64,000 bases of DNA, taken from contig CM074818.1 in assembly GCA_037447605.1 (NCBI GenBank), forward strand, positions 620,001 to 684,000. The letters are read 5' to 3'. The notes under the pieces were generated by a model. That model was not told where the DNA came from. It saw only the letters and a list, made by a program, of their open reading frames with translations, and made no database searches. Each line of letters starts with the position of its first letter. Position 1 is the first letter of the stretch. Origin of the DNA: Zygnema circumcarinatum SAG 698-1b (taxonomy: Eukaryota; Plantae; Zygnematophyceae). This document shows, one piece after another, positions 1 through 13,106 of the stretch. Made by a program: the position numbers and the translations under genes.

Positions 1-60
1 GGGAAGGGGTGTTTGGATCCAAAAAAGGGGTGGAAATATCACTACCCTTTTTTTTTGGAA

Positions 61-709
61 GAGAAAAATATATCGGCCTGCCCGAATCCGATCGGAGCGT
101 AGGGTCCGTCCTCCACGAGATCGTTCGCGGGTGTCCGTCCTTAACACGTGCAATGATTCGCAGCCGTCGCTTTGCTAGCAGATCGCACCACGGCAGATCA
201 CAGTTTCAATCTGCAGCCGGGCTCGGTCCCAGCGAATGGCACGTGCCCACGTATCCCGCCAAAGCCGCTTTAATACGGTCCGTACAGCTCTCATACGGTC
301 GCAACTTCGAGGAAACGCAAAATTTGTACATTGAGAGCTTCAACTTCAAAATTTGTTCGTCATAAGTATAGCACGTGGCAGATGTTGATTGGTTCCCAGC
401 CAACAATTTTTTTTTTGGCGAGCCGCCTCAAGCTGGCTGATCCAGCTCATAATTTTGTGGAGATCTCGGGCCGAAGGACGCGCGGACTCGCACGAGCAAG
501 TCGGCTTTGATGGGACACGTGGGCGTGTGCCATTCGCTGGGACCGAGCCCGGCTGCAGATCGAACGGTGATCTTCCGTGGTGCGATCATTGGGGGAATCG
601 ACGCCTGCAATTCACCGCAAGTGTGAAGGATGGACACCCGTGAACGATCTCGTGGCGGACGGACCTTCCGCTCCGAGCGGAATCGGGAAGGCTGATATAT
701 TTTTCTCTC
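61..709. mobile_element. Long imperfect inverted repeat (foldback/MITE-like), arms ~61-325 and ~451-709
   Basis: CTGCAGCCGGGCTCGGTCCCAGCGAATGGCAC (~211-242) has its exact reverse complement at ~527-558. Pairing extends outward to GAGAAAAATATATCGGCC (61) / GGCTGATATATTTTTCTC (~690-707). No credible coding capacity. Confidence 0.7.
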
Positions 710-798
710 AAAAAAAAATTCAGGGAGGCGGGATATTCAAAATGGGGTGACGGGGTATCATTTTCATTTTCATTTTAATGAAATTTTTGCGAGAATCA

Positions 799-1083
799 AT
801 TCTGCCCGACGGACGAAGGTGGGTATCGATTCCAAAAAGGTGTGACAATAGAATTTTCCTTTTTTAATCCTTTTTGAAATCTGCCCGGCCGGGAAGGGTT
901 GTTTTGATCAAAAAAAGGGGTGGAAATAACACTACCCAAATAAAATCTGTCGACGAAAAAGGGTGGGTATCGATTCCAAAAAGGAGTGAAAAAAGCATTT
1001 TCCGTTTTGAAGCCTTTTTAAATTCTGCCCGGGCGGGAAGGGATGTTTTGATCCAAAAAGGGGTGGAAATAACACCTACCCTA
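799..1083 (+). repeat. Tandem ~145-bp repeat (2 copies), with a further partial copy at 1-47; probable transposon subterminal array
   Basis: A GGGAAGGG...GATC...AAAAAGGGGTGGAAAT motif occurs at 1, 891 and 1035. GGTGGGTATCGATTCCAAAAAGG occurs at ~818 and ~962. Confidence 0.7.
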
Positions 1084-1478
1084 AGACAAAACCAACCCAG
1101 GGAGGCGCCAGCTGCAACCAATCAGGAGCCACCGACATTGCCGTCCAATGATTGACGTCAGGAAGACAGCAAGTTTATCGTTTAGCCGACATCGCCCTAT
1201 ACCGCCACATCGCCGGCGTACCGGCTGTGGCCGACAGGACCTGCCCGCGCCAGCCGCCCCCTTCGGCGGCCGCCAGTGCCGCACTAGTGCACTGCACTAT
1301 AGCCGGTCAGTGAACCTGCCGGCCGCTTGGCGGTACTTCCCGACTCGCCGGCGATGTTCCGATATTCCCGCGGCTAGAGCTGGCTGGTCGGCGCCTCGGC
1401 TGACTTTCACATTTTCCAGGCCAGTGGTCTCGATCTCGCCCTCCCTCCCTCTCTCCCTCCCTCCCTCTGTCCGCCGCC

Positions 1479-4447
1479 ATGGCCGCGGCTCTGCGCCTGC
1501 TCGCCTTCGCCTTCCTGCTCGCCGTCCCAGCGCTGCTCCCCTCCGTCCAAGCCGCCCCTCCCAAGCGCCACGTGGCGCGGTCCCAGCACTGGGTCGAGCA
1601 CAGACGGCCCTCCAAGCACGCGCAGAAGAAGAGCGGAGAGGTGGATCCGAAGTTCACGCCCCCGCAGGGCGCGACTTACGGCGGTGGACCTGTAATGTCG
1701 AAACCGATCAACCTTTACGTGATCTGGTACGGGAACTGGACCTCTGAGACGGCCTCGCAGGAGTTGATCCGCGAGTTCCTGCTCTCCCTGGACTACAAGA
1801 ACACGCTCAAGGGTGGACCCTCAGTGCGCGGATGGTTCAACATTCTCCGCCAATACTTCGACGACAACAACGACTACGTTACGAATGTCGTCACGCTGAA
1901 GAAGGAGGTGTATGATGCCTATTCCCAAGGGACGGAGTTTTTCAACGAGGCGGAATTCACCGTGTTTGAAAAAGCGGTCTCTTTAAAAGTACTTCCTTAC
2001 GATAAAAACGGCATGTACATTATGTACCCAAGCGTCGACGTGCAAGTGATGATGTGTACAATAGGGGTATAGCCCCGAATAGTACACCGTACGGTCCTTA
2101 GCCGTTGTCGTAGGTCCTTAGGAGATTCGGTCCGGGCGTGGACCAACCGACAGTCTTTGTCCCCTAGTGGGAACACTTAGAACTAGTCCTTTGGCCACGT
2201 GGCGAGCAGCTATAGGCCGCGTCGACACTGGAGATATTTAGAGTCGTTAAGGATGTTATGACACGTGGCGCGCAGCGATAGGCTGCGCGCACGACCTAGG
2301 TTTGCTTATTGTTTCTTTGGGTCGACCGTACATTAGTCCGGTGCGTACGGACGAACGCTGGAGTGGCGCGCGCGTTGTCGAGGAAGCTTCTCGAAGGAAG
2401 GCAAGTCGGAGGAGGAGCTTTCTGTACGGACACTCCCCCTCCTGGCCATGGCGACCTAAGGAGGAATTACCGCGAGGAGAGAGGCGAGCGCCTGGAGACG
2501 TGGAGCGTCGCCAGCGACATGGAGGTGCGCGGTGGAACGCGGCGGCGTGCGGTGCAGCGCGGTGGCGAGACATGGCATGCATTAGAACGTGGAGGAGTAG
2601 TGCAACGCTTAGTACTTAAGTAGAGTTAGGCTTAGGTAATAGATATTCTAATACAGCCGCAGCTTAGCTCGTGTTGCTGAGTGCGGTTGCCTGGCTGTAT
2701 GGGCAGCAGGGGGTCGGGAGTTAGTCAGAGCTGAAGTAGAAGCCTGAGGGCTGAAACTTGTGCTTGTAACTTCCTTTACTTTATTAAGGAGTTTTGAGGC
2801 CGGGTGCTTTCTCCTTACATTTCCTTACGGTGTTCTTTGCTCATTTGATTTCAGTTATCTTTCAGTGTGTGCACTTGAGAGCTTTCCTTGATTCAGATTG
2901 CAAACATGGCAGTGAGTGAAGTGAGTGAGACGGACCGGGCCTTAATTTACAACAAGTGAGTCCCTTGGGATTTAAGGGTTTTAAGGGTTTTAAGGGTCTG
3001 TAGAGGCTTAAGATTTTTCCCTCCCCGTGCCTTTTGGGGTCCTCGCCCTGCCTTCTTGAACAGCACGAGTTCCTTTTGCGTTCTTTTTCTCTTACCGTTT
3101 GCAGAAGATAGAAGCAGATTTAACCCCTGTATAGGCTTCTGACATGTGACTTTGACCTCCCTTATATGGAAAAACGCACGTGTCATGTGGGCCTTACCTT
3201 CTATCGCTCATTCTCTTATGTTGTGGTAGCGGTACATCGAATACTACGACGACTACGGTAACGGCTATGGCAGCTCTATTGATTGCGTATGCGCTTCCAG
3301 AAGGACTCGTCCCGAATTCGACATCAAGGTGCTTGTAGCCTGGAACAACTACAACCAGGACTGTGCCGATAGCTGCGAAGTTGTCGACCCTTCGGTCAAC
3401 GGCAATCCCGGCGCCGATGACATGATTCTCAGCACGGGCTGGGGCATCAAACGTACGGTCATCGATCCGGAATACAACGGCTGGACACCCAACGGAAACT
3501 GTGACTACTTCCAAGTCCAGCAAAACCCGCCGAAAGGTTAGTACGGAAGCCCCATGGAACCTGTGTGCTGTTGGCAGCTGGTGGGGCCCGCCTCGGTCAT
3601 TCATTGNNNNNNNNNNTGTGAACCGGACCAATGTCGGCACGTACTTCAAGATGTACGGAAAGCAGAACTTCAAGGGTCCCATGGCGCGCCAAGAGGCGCC
3701 TCTGCCGGATGTGGGCTGCTACAGTGTTTCGCTCGACCCCGTGGGCTCCTTCATCATTCGGTGGAATGTCGATGACAGGAAGCCCTCCCACGTGGTGCGA
3801 ACTCAACACTAATAAAAAATAACAATTCACATACTCGGCCACCTCCTCTACAATGCAAAATTCAGTCTCGGTTAGTAGGCATGGAAGATAGAGGGGTGTC
3901 ATGTCACTACTCCCTTGCTCCTTTGAACTTTCCTTTAACACTATCCATGAGGTGCTGAGCTGGCGATGTGTGATTGGACAGGGATGTGGACGTGTCATCT
4001 TGTGGGCGGATTACGGTTGCACGGGCATGTAAGTTCTTGCAAACCGAACTACTTGGATCATTGCCCTATGCGTTATCTCGTCCATTATGCGAGTCACTAT
4101 TTTAGTAAGGACGAAGTGTCTTAATAGTGCGTGCCTTCTTGTGTCCGTGTTTAGCTCTTCAAGTTATCACCCTAAACATATGGAAACCAGAACATAACGC
4201 TTTCAAGACTTGGATGTTGTTGTGTGGTGGTGTGTGGTGTCTCTAAGCCATGGGCTGTGGGCGTGGCTCTCAACTTGGCAAATGCGACAAGAGGCCCATT
4301 CATCGATTCACGCTTGGCTTCTTGTGCAGGAAGACGACATACACGCTTCCTGGCGGAAAATGGGACCCGCTGAAGTTCACATATCCCGATACGAAGATTC
4401 GTGTCCTGCCGCATGGAGTGACCTCCGTCAGTTGCGTGGCAGTTTAG
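1479..4447 (+). CDS. EXORDIUM/Phosphate-induced-1 (Phi-1)-like secreted protein with an extra C-terminal Cys-containing domain. Exons 1479-2045, 3230-3536, ~3617-3794 (start in N gap), 3982-4028, 4330-4447
   Basis: Signal peptide MAAALRLLAFAFLLAVPALLPSVQA. Phi-1 motifs YGGGPVMSKPINLYVIWYGNW, PSVRGWFNILRQYFD, PSVNGNPGADDMI and DPEYNGW. Visible splice junctions are GT-AG and phase-compatible. Gap at 3607-3616. Confidence 0.85.
2050..2954. mobile_element. Solo LTR (905 bp) with 5-bp target-site duplication AGTGA
   Basis: Starts TGATGT and ends ACAACA (TG..CA termini, 5/6 inverted match). AGTGA at 2045-2049 and 2955-2959. No gag/pol sequence. Confidence 0.85.
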
Positions 4448-4729
4448 CGTTGCCAAGCCGCAACTGTGAGGGGATGGGGAAGGGGGGGAATACATGTGAG
4501 GTTGGGGGTTTGGATGCATGGAATGACTTTTGGTAGGGGAGGTTTCCCTCATAGGACTACAGTGTACTCGCGTTATAGTGACCATGTCAGTCCCATATTT
4601 GTGTCACTATATCCGTAATGACCTGTTTGTCACTGCACATGTATCGTGAAAATGTTATTACAGATGTTTTTGCGGTATATCCGTACACCTTTGTTACCCG
4701 TACATTATACTTTTTGGGAAAATTCTATT

Positions 4730-4885
4730 CTCACACCCTTTTTGTCTACACACAGACCTTTTTTCGCCGGGCAGGTTCTATTTTAGAAAAAAAGGATTAA
4801 AAACGAAAAATGATTTTTCACACCTTTTCGTCTATACACAGCCCTTTTTCCGTAGGGCAGATTTTATTTTAGAGAAAAAAGGTTT
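4730..4885 (-). repeat. Two ~88-bp tandem copies related in reverse orientation to the 799-1083 repeat family
   Basis: CACCCTTTTTGTCTACACACAG...CGCCGGGCAG at 4734 and CACCTTTTCGTCTATACACAG...GGGCAG at 4821. Both resemble the reverse complement of TTCTGCCCGG...AAAAAGGGGTG. Confidence 0.5.
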
Positions 4886-5015
4886 TGAAACCCTGAAAAC
4901 GCATTATAATTCTACAAGCATTGCCAAAAAAATCCTTTTTTTTGCTGCCCGGCGAAAACGTACACTACATTCAGAAAAAGGCCACTGTAAATAGTCGCCT
5001 CCTTCAAATATCATT

Positions 5016-5536
5016 AGGGGGAGTCAGACCTTGACCATCGCCAAATCAATTTCGTAAGCCTGTCGGGCGAATTCAGCATTGGCTAGGTACGCATTTCGGT
5101 ACGGCTGTGTACGGCGGAGCCGCGGATCCCGACCCGGAATTCGTACACGAAAGAAGTGACTTTTAGTATAAGGAATTCGGGAATTTCGTAAACGATGGTC
5201 AAGGTCTGACTCCCCCTATTAGGGGGTGTCAGAGTTAAAAAATTTCAGTACGCGTGTTCGTAAGTTTGACATCAGAACGAGTACTCCAATATAATCGCGA
5301 TCCTCCTGCGGCGGAGTACTTTCGTAACCTTTTTTTTCGTAACGCTTTTCGTAAGATTTTGTTAAGTCTGACACCCCCTATTAGGGGGAGTCAGACCTTG
5401 TCAATCGCCAAACCAATTCCGCGTTGTACGGCAGGCCTTTTCCGCCAAAAGTGGACGTTCGACAGGCTCGGGCGCCGCAAATTCAAGAGAGCAATTATTT
5501 TCCCTTTGTATCTCCGGGTCAGGTTTGACTCCCCCC
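5016..5536. mobile_element. Three abutting MITE-like elements (5016-5217, 5221-5379, 5383-~5536) sharing TIR AGGGGG(A/T)GTCAGA, separated by ATT
   Basis: Element 1 has a perfect 25-bp TIR (AGGGGGAGTCAGACCTTGACCATCG / CGATGGTCAAGGTCTGACTCCCCCT). ATT at 5013-5015, 5218-5220 and 5380-5382. Confidence 0.8.
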
Positions 5537-5717
5537 TTTTCGGCCCCCCGCGCTCCCTCCGCCGCCCGCCCTCCGTTTTGTCGCCACGCGCGCCTCACAC
5601 GTGCGAGGGGCGCTCGCACGCGAGTCATTTTTGTGTTTCTGATCAAGGAGCCAGTGACGAGTGACTAGGTATTCTCAAGTATTCAGGGGTTCGAGGTGCA
5701 TATGTGTGTGTGCACAA

Positions 5718-5971
<254 letters not shown>

Positions 5972-5975
5972 CCCC

Positions 5976-7763
<1,788 letters not shown>

Positions 7764-7863
7764 NNNNNNNNNNNNNNNNNNNNNNNNNNNNNNNNNNNNN
7801 NNNNNNNNNNNNNNNNNNNNNNNNNNNNNNNNNNNNNNNNNNNNNNNNNNNNNNNNNNNNNNN
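7764..7863. other. Assembly gap (100 N). Smaller 10-N gaps at 3607-3616, 11328-11337, 23582-23591 and 56899-56908
   Basis: N runs in the sequence. Confidence 1.
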
Positions 7864-8588
7864 GGGGAGAGGGGGGAGGGGGGAGGAGGGGGAGGGGGAG
7901 GGGGGGAGGACGGGAAAAGGGGGAAAGGGAGGAGAGAGGAGAGGGGGAGGGGGAGGAGGAGAGGAGGGGGAGGAGGGGGGGAGTGGGGGGAGGAGGGGGA
8001 GAGGGAGAGGGAGGGTGAGGGGAGGAGGGGGGGAAGGAGGGGGAGGAGGGGGAGGAGGGGGAGGGGGGAGAGGGGTGGAGGGGGAGGAGGGAGGAGGGGG
8101 AGGAGGGGGAGAGGAGGGGAGGAAGGGGAGGGGGGAGGACGGGAAAGGGGAAAAGGAGGAGAGAGGAGAGGGGGAGAGGAGGAGAGAGAGGGAGGGGGAG
8201 GAAGGGGGGAGTGGGGGGAGGAAGGGGGAGAGGGGAGAGGGAGGGTGAGGGGGAGGGGGAGGGGGAGGAGGGGAGAGGGGAGGGGGAGGGGGTAGGGGGC
8301 AGGGAGGGGTGATAGTGAGGAGAGGAGAGAGGGCGAGAGGGGGAATGGTGGAGGGGTAAAAAGGAGGAGAGACAGGGTTTTGACTATTCTGAAAAATAAT
8401 TAGTAACAGGAAACCCTAAAGTTTTTGAAACGTCTAAAAGAAAAGTTTTGGAAAGTGGAAATGCTGGACAAATCGTTTCTGGGGTTCATGCTAGAACCAA
8501 AAAAGAATCCCCACAGGTGGAAAATAATTCTGGTTCGTTTTTTCTTTTTCCTTTTTTTTTTTTTTTCTTTTTCTTGGGGCTACCTCAG

Positions 8589-9620
8589 ATTCTCGGTAAC
8601 GCGGCGTCTCTCAGCCAATCAGAAGCGTGGGCCGCATGTGTGGAAGATGCGAAGCAGAGGGGCTGCTTTGTCCCTTCTGCATCGATTGCTTCCCTTTTTC
8701 CGGATTCAGTATCGAGGGGGCAACCGGTACAGCAGGGAGAGGGGCCTCTCAGCCTCCTCCCACTCCACTCAGGAGGGAGAGGGATTGGAGAGATGGGTGG
8801 GAGAGGAATGCAGCTTGAGAGGTTTGGAGGGAATTTGGGTTTAGGGTTGAGGCTAGGTTGGGAGAGTGGGCATGGGAGAGGCAGAACTGATCCGCGGAGT
8901 TCTATGGGTTTGTTAGGGAATGGTGGTGATGTAGGAAGAGGGAGGGGAGAGAGGGGGGAGGTGGGAGAGGGTGGTGGTAGGCAGGTTGGGAGTGGGGCGT
9001 TCATGGATGGAAGAAAGCGGAGCTACGCATGGTTAAGTGAGGAGACGGAGAGAAACGGACAGGAGGGAGAGGAGGGGCTGAGGAGGCAGATGGGAGAAGG
9101 GGAGGGGAGTGAGGGAGTGAATGGAGAGATGGGAGAGAGATTGCCCAAAAGGAGGCATTCATATGATCCTATACAGGTTAACCATGGTCTTGCTACTAAT
9201 GACTTCAACTCTATCAGTGGTAGAGAACTTATGGGAGGACCCTTTAACGAGAAAAGAGGAGGTCAAGGAGTGGGTGGAGGAGAAGGGGGAGGAGGGAGAG
9301 GGGGAGCGAGAGGAGGGAGAGGGGGAGGGAGAGGGGGAGGGAGAGGAGGGGGAGGGGGAGGAGGATCGATTGGGCGTGGGAGTATTGGAGGATGGTGGAA
9401 TCGAAGTAGTGTAGACTGTAGTAGTAGTGGTGTGGTACAGACTCTCCCTGATGGGACAGGTGGCAGTAGCCTATTGGGCCCTGGAGAAGGAGGAACAGGA
9501 GCAGGAGAGAAGCCTCCTGAAAAGCTTTCAGAGAATTTCCTTGAGAAACTTCCTGAGGGAAATCAAAGGGAGGATGGGGATGACTGGACTCCTCCATATT
9601 CCCCAACTCCTTCATCATGA
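8589..9620 (+). CDS. Terminal exon of a Sen1/Upf1-like SF1 helicase (DNA2/NAM7 family), followed by a Gly/Arg-rich disordered tail
   Basis: A T-rich tract and CAG acceptor (8588) precede ILGNAASLSQSEAWAACVEDAKQRGCF. This matches the post-motif-VI consensus of plant Sen1-like helicases (ILGNAxxLxxSxxWxxLVxDAKxRGCF). Open to TGA at 9618-9620. Confidence 0.75.
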   Translation: MLGNAASLSQSEAWAACVEDAKQRGCFVPSASIASLFPDSVSRGQPVQQGEGPLSLLPLHSGGRGIGEMGGRGMQLERFGGNLGLGLRLGWESGHGRGRTDPRSSMGLLGNGGDVGRGRGERGEVGEGGGRQVGSGAFMDGRKRSYAWLSEETERNGQEGEEGLRRQMGEGEGSEGVNGEMGERLPKRRHSYDPIQVNHGLATNDFNSISGRELMGGPFNEKRGGQGVGGGEGGGGRGGARGGRGGGRGGGRGGGGGGGSIGRGSIGGWWNRSSVDCSSSGVVQTLPDGTGGSSLLGPGEGGTGAGEKPPEKLSENFLEKLPEGNQREDGDDWTPPYSPTPSS

Positions 9621-9869
9621 TGGTGATGTAGGGTACGAGCCTGACATACCCAAAGGTGATGTAACACGCGGCTAGGATCCTAATTCTTTACATCATTTTG
9701 GCAATGCAGAAATGAGTATTATGTTTGTACAGATTGGATGTATCATGGGCCGACACAGGAAGCTTTCACAAGAAAGCTGCCATGTCTAGTCAGAAGGTGC
9801 GCCTTTGATGACTGCCAACACTTGTAATTTGTGTGTGCGTATTAAGGCTTCTCGTTGTTCCGGCAAGTC

Positions 9870-9973
9870 ACATGCATGTGCATGTGGATGCATGCATGCA
9901 TGTATGGATGCATGCATGCATGTATGGATGCATGCATGCATGTATGGATGCATGCATGCATGTATGGATGCAT
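9870..9973. repeat. (ATGC/ATGG/ATGT)n tetranucleotide-like repeat; similar degenerate CATG tract at 17254-17520
   Basis: GGATGCATGCATGCATGTAT unit repeated ~4 times. Confidence 0.85.
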
Positions 9974-10575
9974 CCCTCCCAGTGTGCATGGGTCCCTAAA
10001 AACCCTCAAAACCTTAAATACCCATGGGAGTCATGTATGGGGTACTGGCCCATCCATGCATTACCAATTTTCGGAGCTTCAATTTGGTAGTTATCAGGAA
10101 AAATGGTAATGATTTCACCACCGAGCGATTTGTTTACAGTTTTTTTTTAAATTGCTTTTATTTCCTTCACTGAGGCGAGGGTACACATCAAAACACGCTC
10201 TGAACCCTTCAACAAATCCTACAACTCATTCAATAGTAAAAGCTGAATTCTTGATTACATCAAAACGTAATGCCTCTTATCTTACATGTGAAAGTAGGCC
10301 ACCTTTAAATAATAAGGAACAAAAGAATTCTACCAAAACAATCATTATTCTACACAGGGTTTAGGGTTCCTCGCACTGATAAACCCTAAAACGATTCCAT
10401 GCTTTCAACTTCAATGAAATGTCTACCTCACACATAGAACACGGCATTTTCCGTAAAACTGCATCATGTTCTGTCAAACGGAACTGAACGACTACATGTG
10501 ACGTTGATTTCCCATCGACCATCCAAACGTTGCGGGATTTTAGAACCTGAAATTTTGAAATAATTTATTGAATTT

Positions 10576-13075
10576 TTATTTGTTGGCAGGGGGGGGACTC
10601 ATTCGGCGGATGGAAACCTCAACGCTGTTCTTCTTAACTGCGCGCACATAGAAAGTCGAGACACATTGTCAGCTTGACGTGACGTGACGTGACGTGACAA
10701 GACAATGATGATGATGATGTCAATGATGGCCATGCAATGTGTCATGCCGTTCTCATGTTCGCAATTTCAAACATATCCAAGCAAAACCTAAAAAGAGGAG
10801 CCCAAGGCTCGTTCATGCGCAACAACAACAACAACACATTGCACAACCCGAAGTTAGCAACTTACTCAATTTGCAAGGTTTTGTTGAGCTCGCGCTCTTG
10901 TACCCATCCTCGCACTTGCAATCGAATCCCTCCGCCGTTGGAACGCAAACCCCGAATTGCCCGCACGCGCCGCCTGCCTGCAACGCGTCGCAAAAGCGCG
11001 CGCAGTCCGCCGCCGGTCGTTGCACGCCGAGGCGCGCGGAGGGCGGGAGGCAGTTGTACGCCGCCGCGAGGTCGATCGCTTTCGCGTCGACGTCGAGTTT
11101 GGAGAAGAAGTTGTCGTTGAGGAGGACGGAGGGGCGGCCGGCGGACGAGGCGAAGCGGAGCTTGGGGGAGCCGGTGAGGAAGTTGTTGGCGAGGTTCCTG
11201 TGGGGAGGCGAGGGGAGAGGGGGGGGGGAAGGGAGGGAGGGAGGGAATGAGGGGGTGGGGGTGGGGAGGGGAGAAGTGAGAGGGGGAGGGAGGAAGAGAG
11301 GGAGAGAGAGGGGGAGAGGGCGGGGAANNNNNNNNNNGGGAGGGGAGGGGGGATGGTGACAGGGAGGGAGGAAGAGTTGGGGGGGGAGGGGGGAGGGGAA
11401 AGAAGGAGGTGCGGAAGGGGGAAGGGAGAAGGGTGGGCAGGGAGGGAAGGGGGAAGGGAGGGAGGGAGGGGGGGTGGAGGGGCAAGAGTTTGAGGGAAAG
11501 TTGGAAGAGGGGAGGAGGAAGAAGCCGGGGAGCGGAGGAGGACAGGGAAAAGTGGAGTGGGTGAGGGAGGGAGGGAATGGGGAAGGGGGGGAGGGAGAAA
11601 GCGAGTGGGGTGGGGCATCAGGTTTGGTGAAGGGAGAGAGGAAGCGTGATAGAGGGAAGGAGAACGGGCAGGGAGGGATGACGGGAAAAAGGGAGAGAGG
11701 GAGAAAAGGGGAGGAGGGGAGGAGCGGGAGGGCAGAGATGGAGAGGAGAAAGGCAGGCAGGGGAGGAGAGGGTGAAGTGTGGAGGAGACAGTGGGGGAGA
11801 GGAGTGGCAACGAGTGAGAGAGCAAGCAGGAGAGGCATGGTAGATGGCAGACAGCACTTACAGCGACTCGAACTGCAGCTTTCCGTCCGCCTTTGGAAGT
11901 CGGCCGACAAGATTATTGTTACTCAAATCTCTGCATTTGAATTTATTTTGTAGCAAATGTGAGAATTTCTATGAGTGAAATTCATATCCATTTTTGGCAT
12001 GCGTAGATTAATTTCAATCCCTCGTTTCTATACACATTTATTGAATCTATGCCAACGGAAGCATCAACTGAACATATGTAAGATAAGATATTGAGACTCT
12101 TTTGGTGCTCGTTTGAAACTCAGGAGACGATGTGAAGGGCGATCTATGGACGGCGGTCTATGTTTCAGTTTCAGTTCTATAAACCGTTTCAGTTACAGTT
12201 TCCGTTGAAGGAGTGGACTTACAAGTCGGTCACAGATTTGGGCCACTTAGAAATGACGCCGTCCAGATTGTTGTCTTGAAGCCACCTGTAGAAAAATTAT
12301 CAAAAGTAATGGGATAAGGGAAAAAAAGGGAAAAATTAGAATTACAATCAGAATAAATAAAACTTAAAAATAATAATGAAATGATCGAGAAATTATAAGA
12401 AGGAAACCAAAAAAAAAAACTTACAATAGGGTAAGAGTGTCCGATTCTATGATGCTCGCAGGAATTGCTCCAACGAGATTGTTTCCTTGGAGCCGTCTGC
12501 ACCGACCCTCGATAAAGTTAAATTAACTTTGACGTAACTTTATCATGTATGAATTGCCGAAGAACTAATGTCCCAACATTGTTAGGGTTGGAGGGCCAGG
12601 GAGGATTAGGGTTTGGGTCTAATTTGGTCATTAATGGGTATAATTGGGGTATAAATGGGCTTCAAGGTTTAGGGTTTTGTGCTTACAACTCATTGATGCT
12701 CGGCAGCTCGCCGATATCTGCCGGAATTTCGCCGGAAAATTCGTTTTCGCTTAAATCCCTGCGAAAAGAGTAAATTTGCAGTTAGAAAAGAAAACTTAGA
12801 GAGAGAGAAGCAGGGAGAGGATAGTAGAGAGTGAGGGAGCGAGATAGTAGAGGGCAGCAGAGAGGGTGGTAGAAGGGACAGATGAGAGAGAGGAAATAGT
12901 AGAGAGAGAGATAGAGAGAAAGGGAGGGAAGTAGTGGCAGAAAAAGGGTGGTAGAAGGGACAGATGAGAGAGAGGAAATAGTAGAGAGAGAGATAGAGAG
13001 AAAGGGAGGGAAGTAGTGGCAGAAAAAGGGTGAGGTAGCGAGGGAATGGGAGAGAGGGAGGGAAGGTAGTGAAGG

Positions 13076-13106
<31 letters not shown>

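Noticed and set aside
2256-2623. ORFs inside the LTR
   Set aside because: No gag/pol similarity; chance ORFs in GC-rich sequence.
5016-5536. CRISPR- or integron-like repeat-spacer array
   Set aside because: The repeats are inverted termini of 150-200 bp units in a eukaryotic context with no cas or integrase gene; MITEs explain it better.
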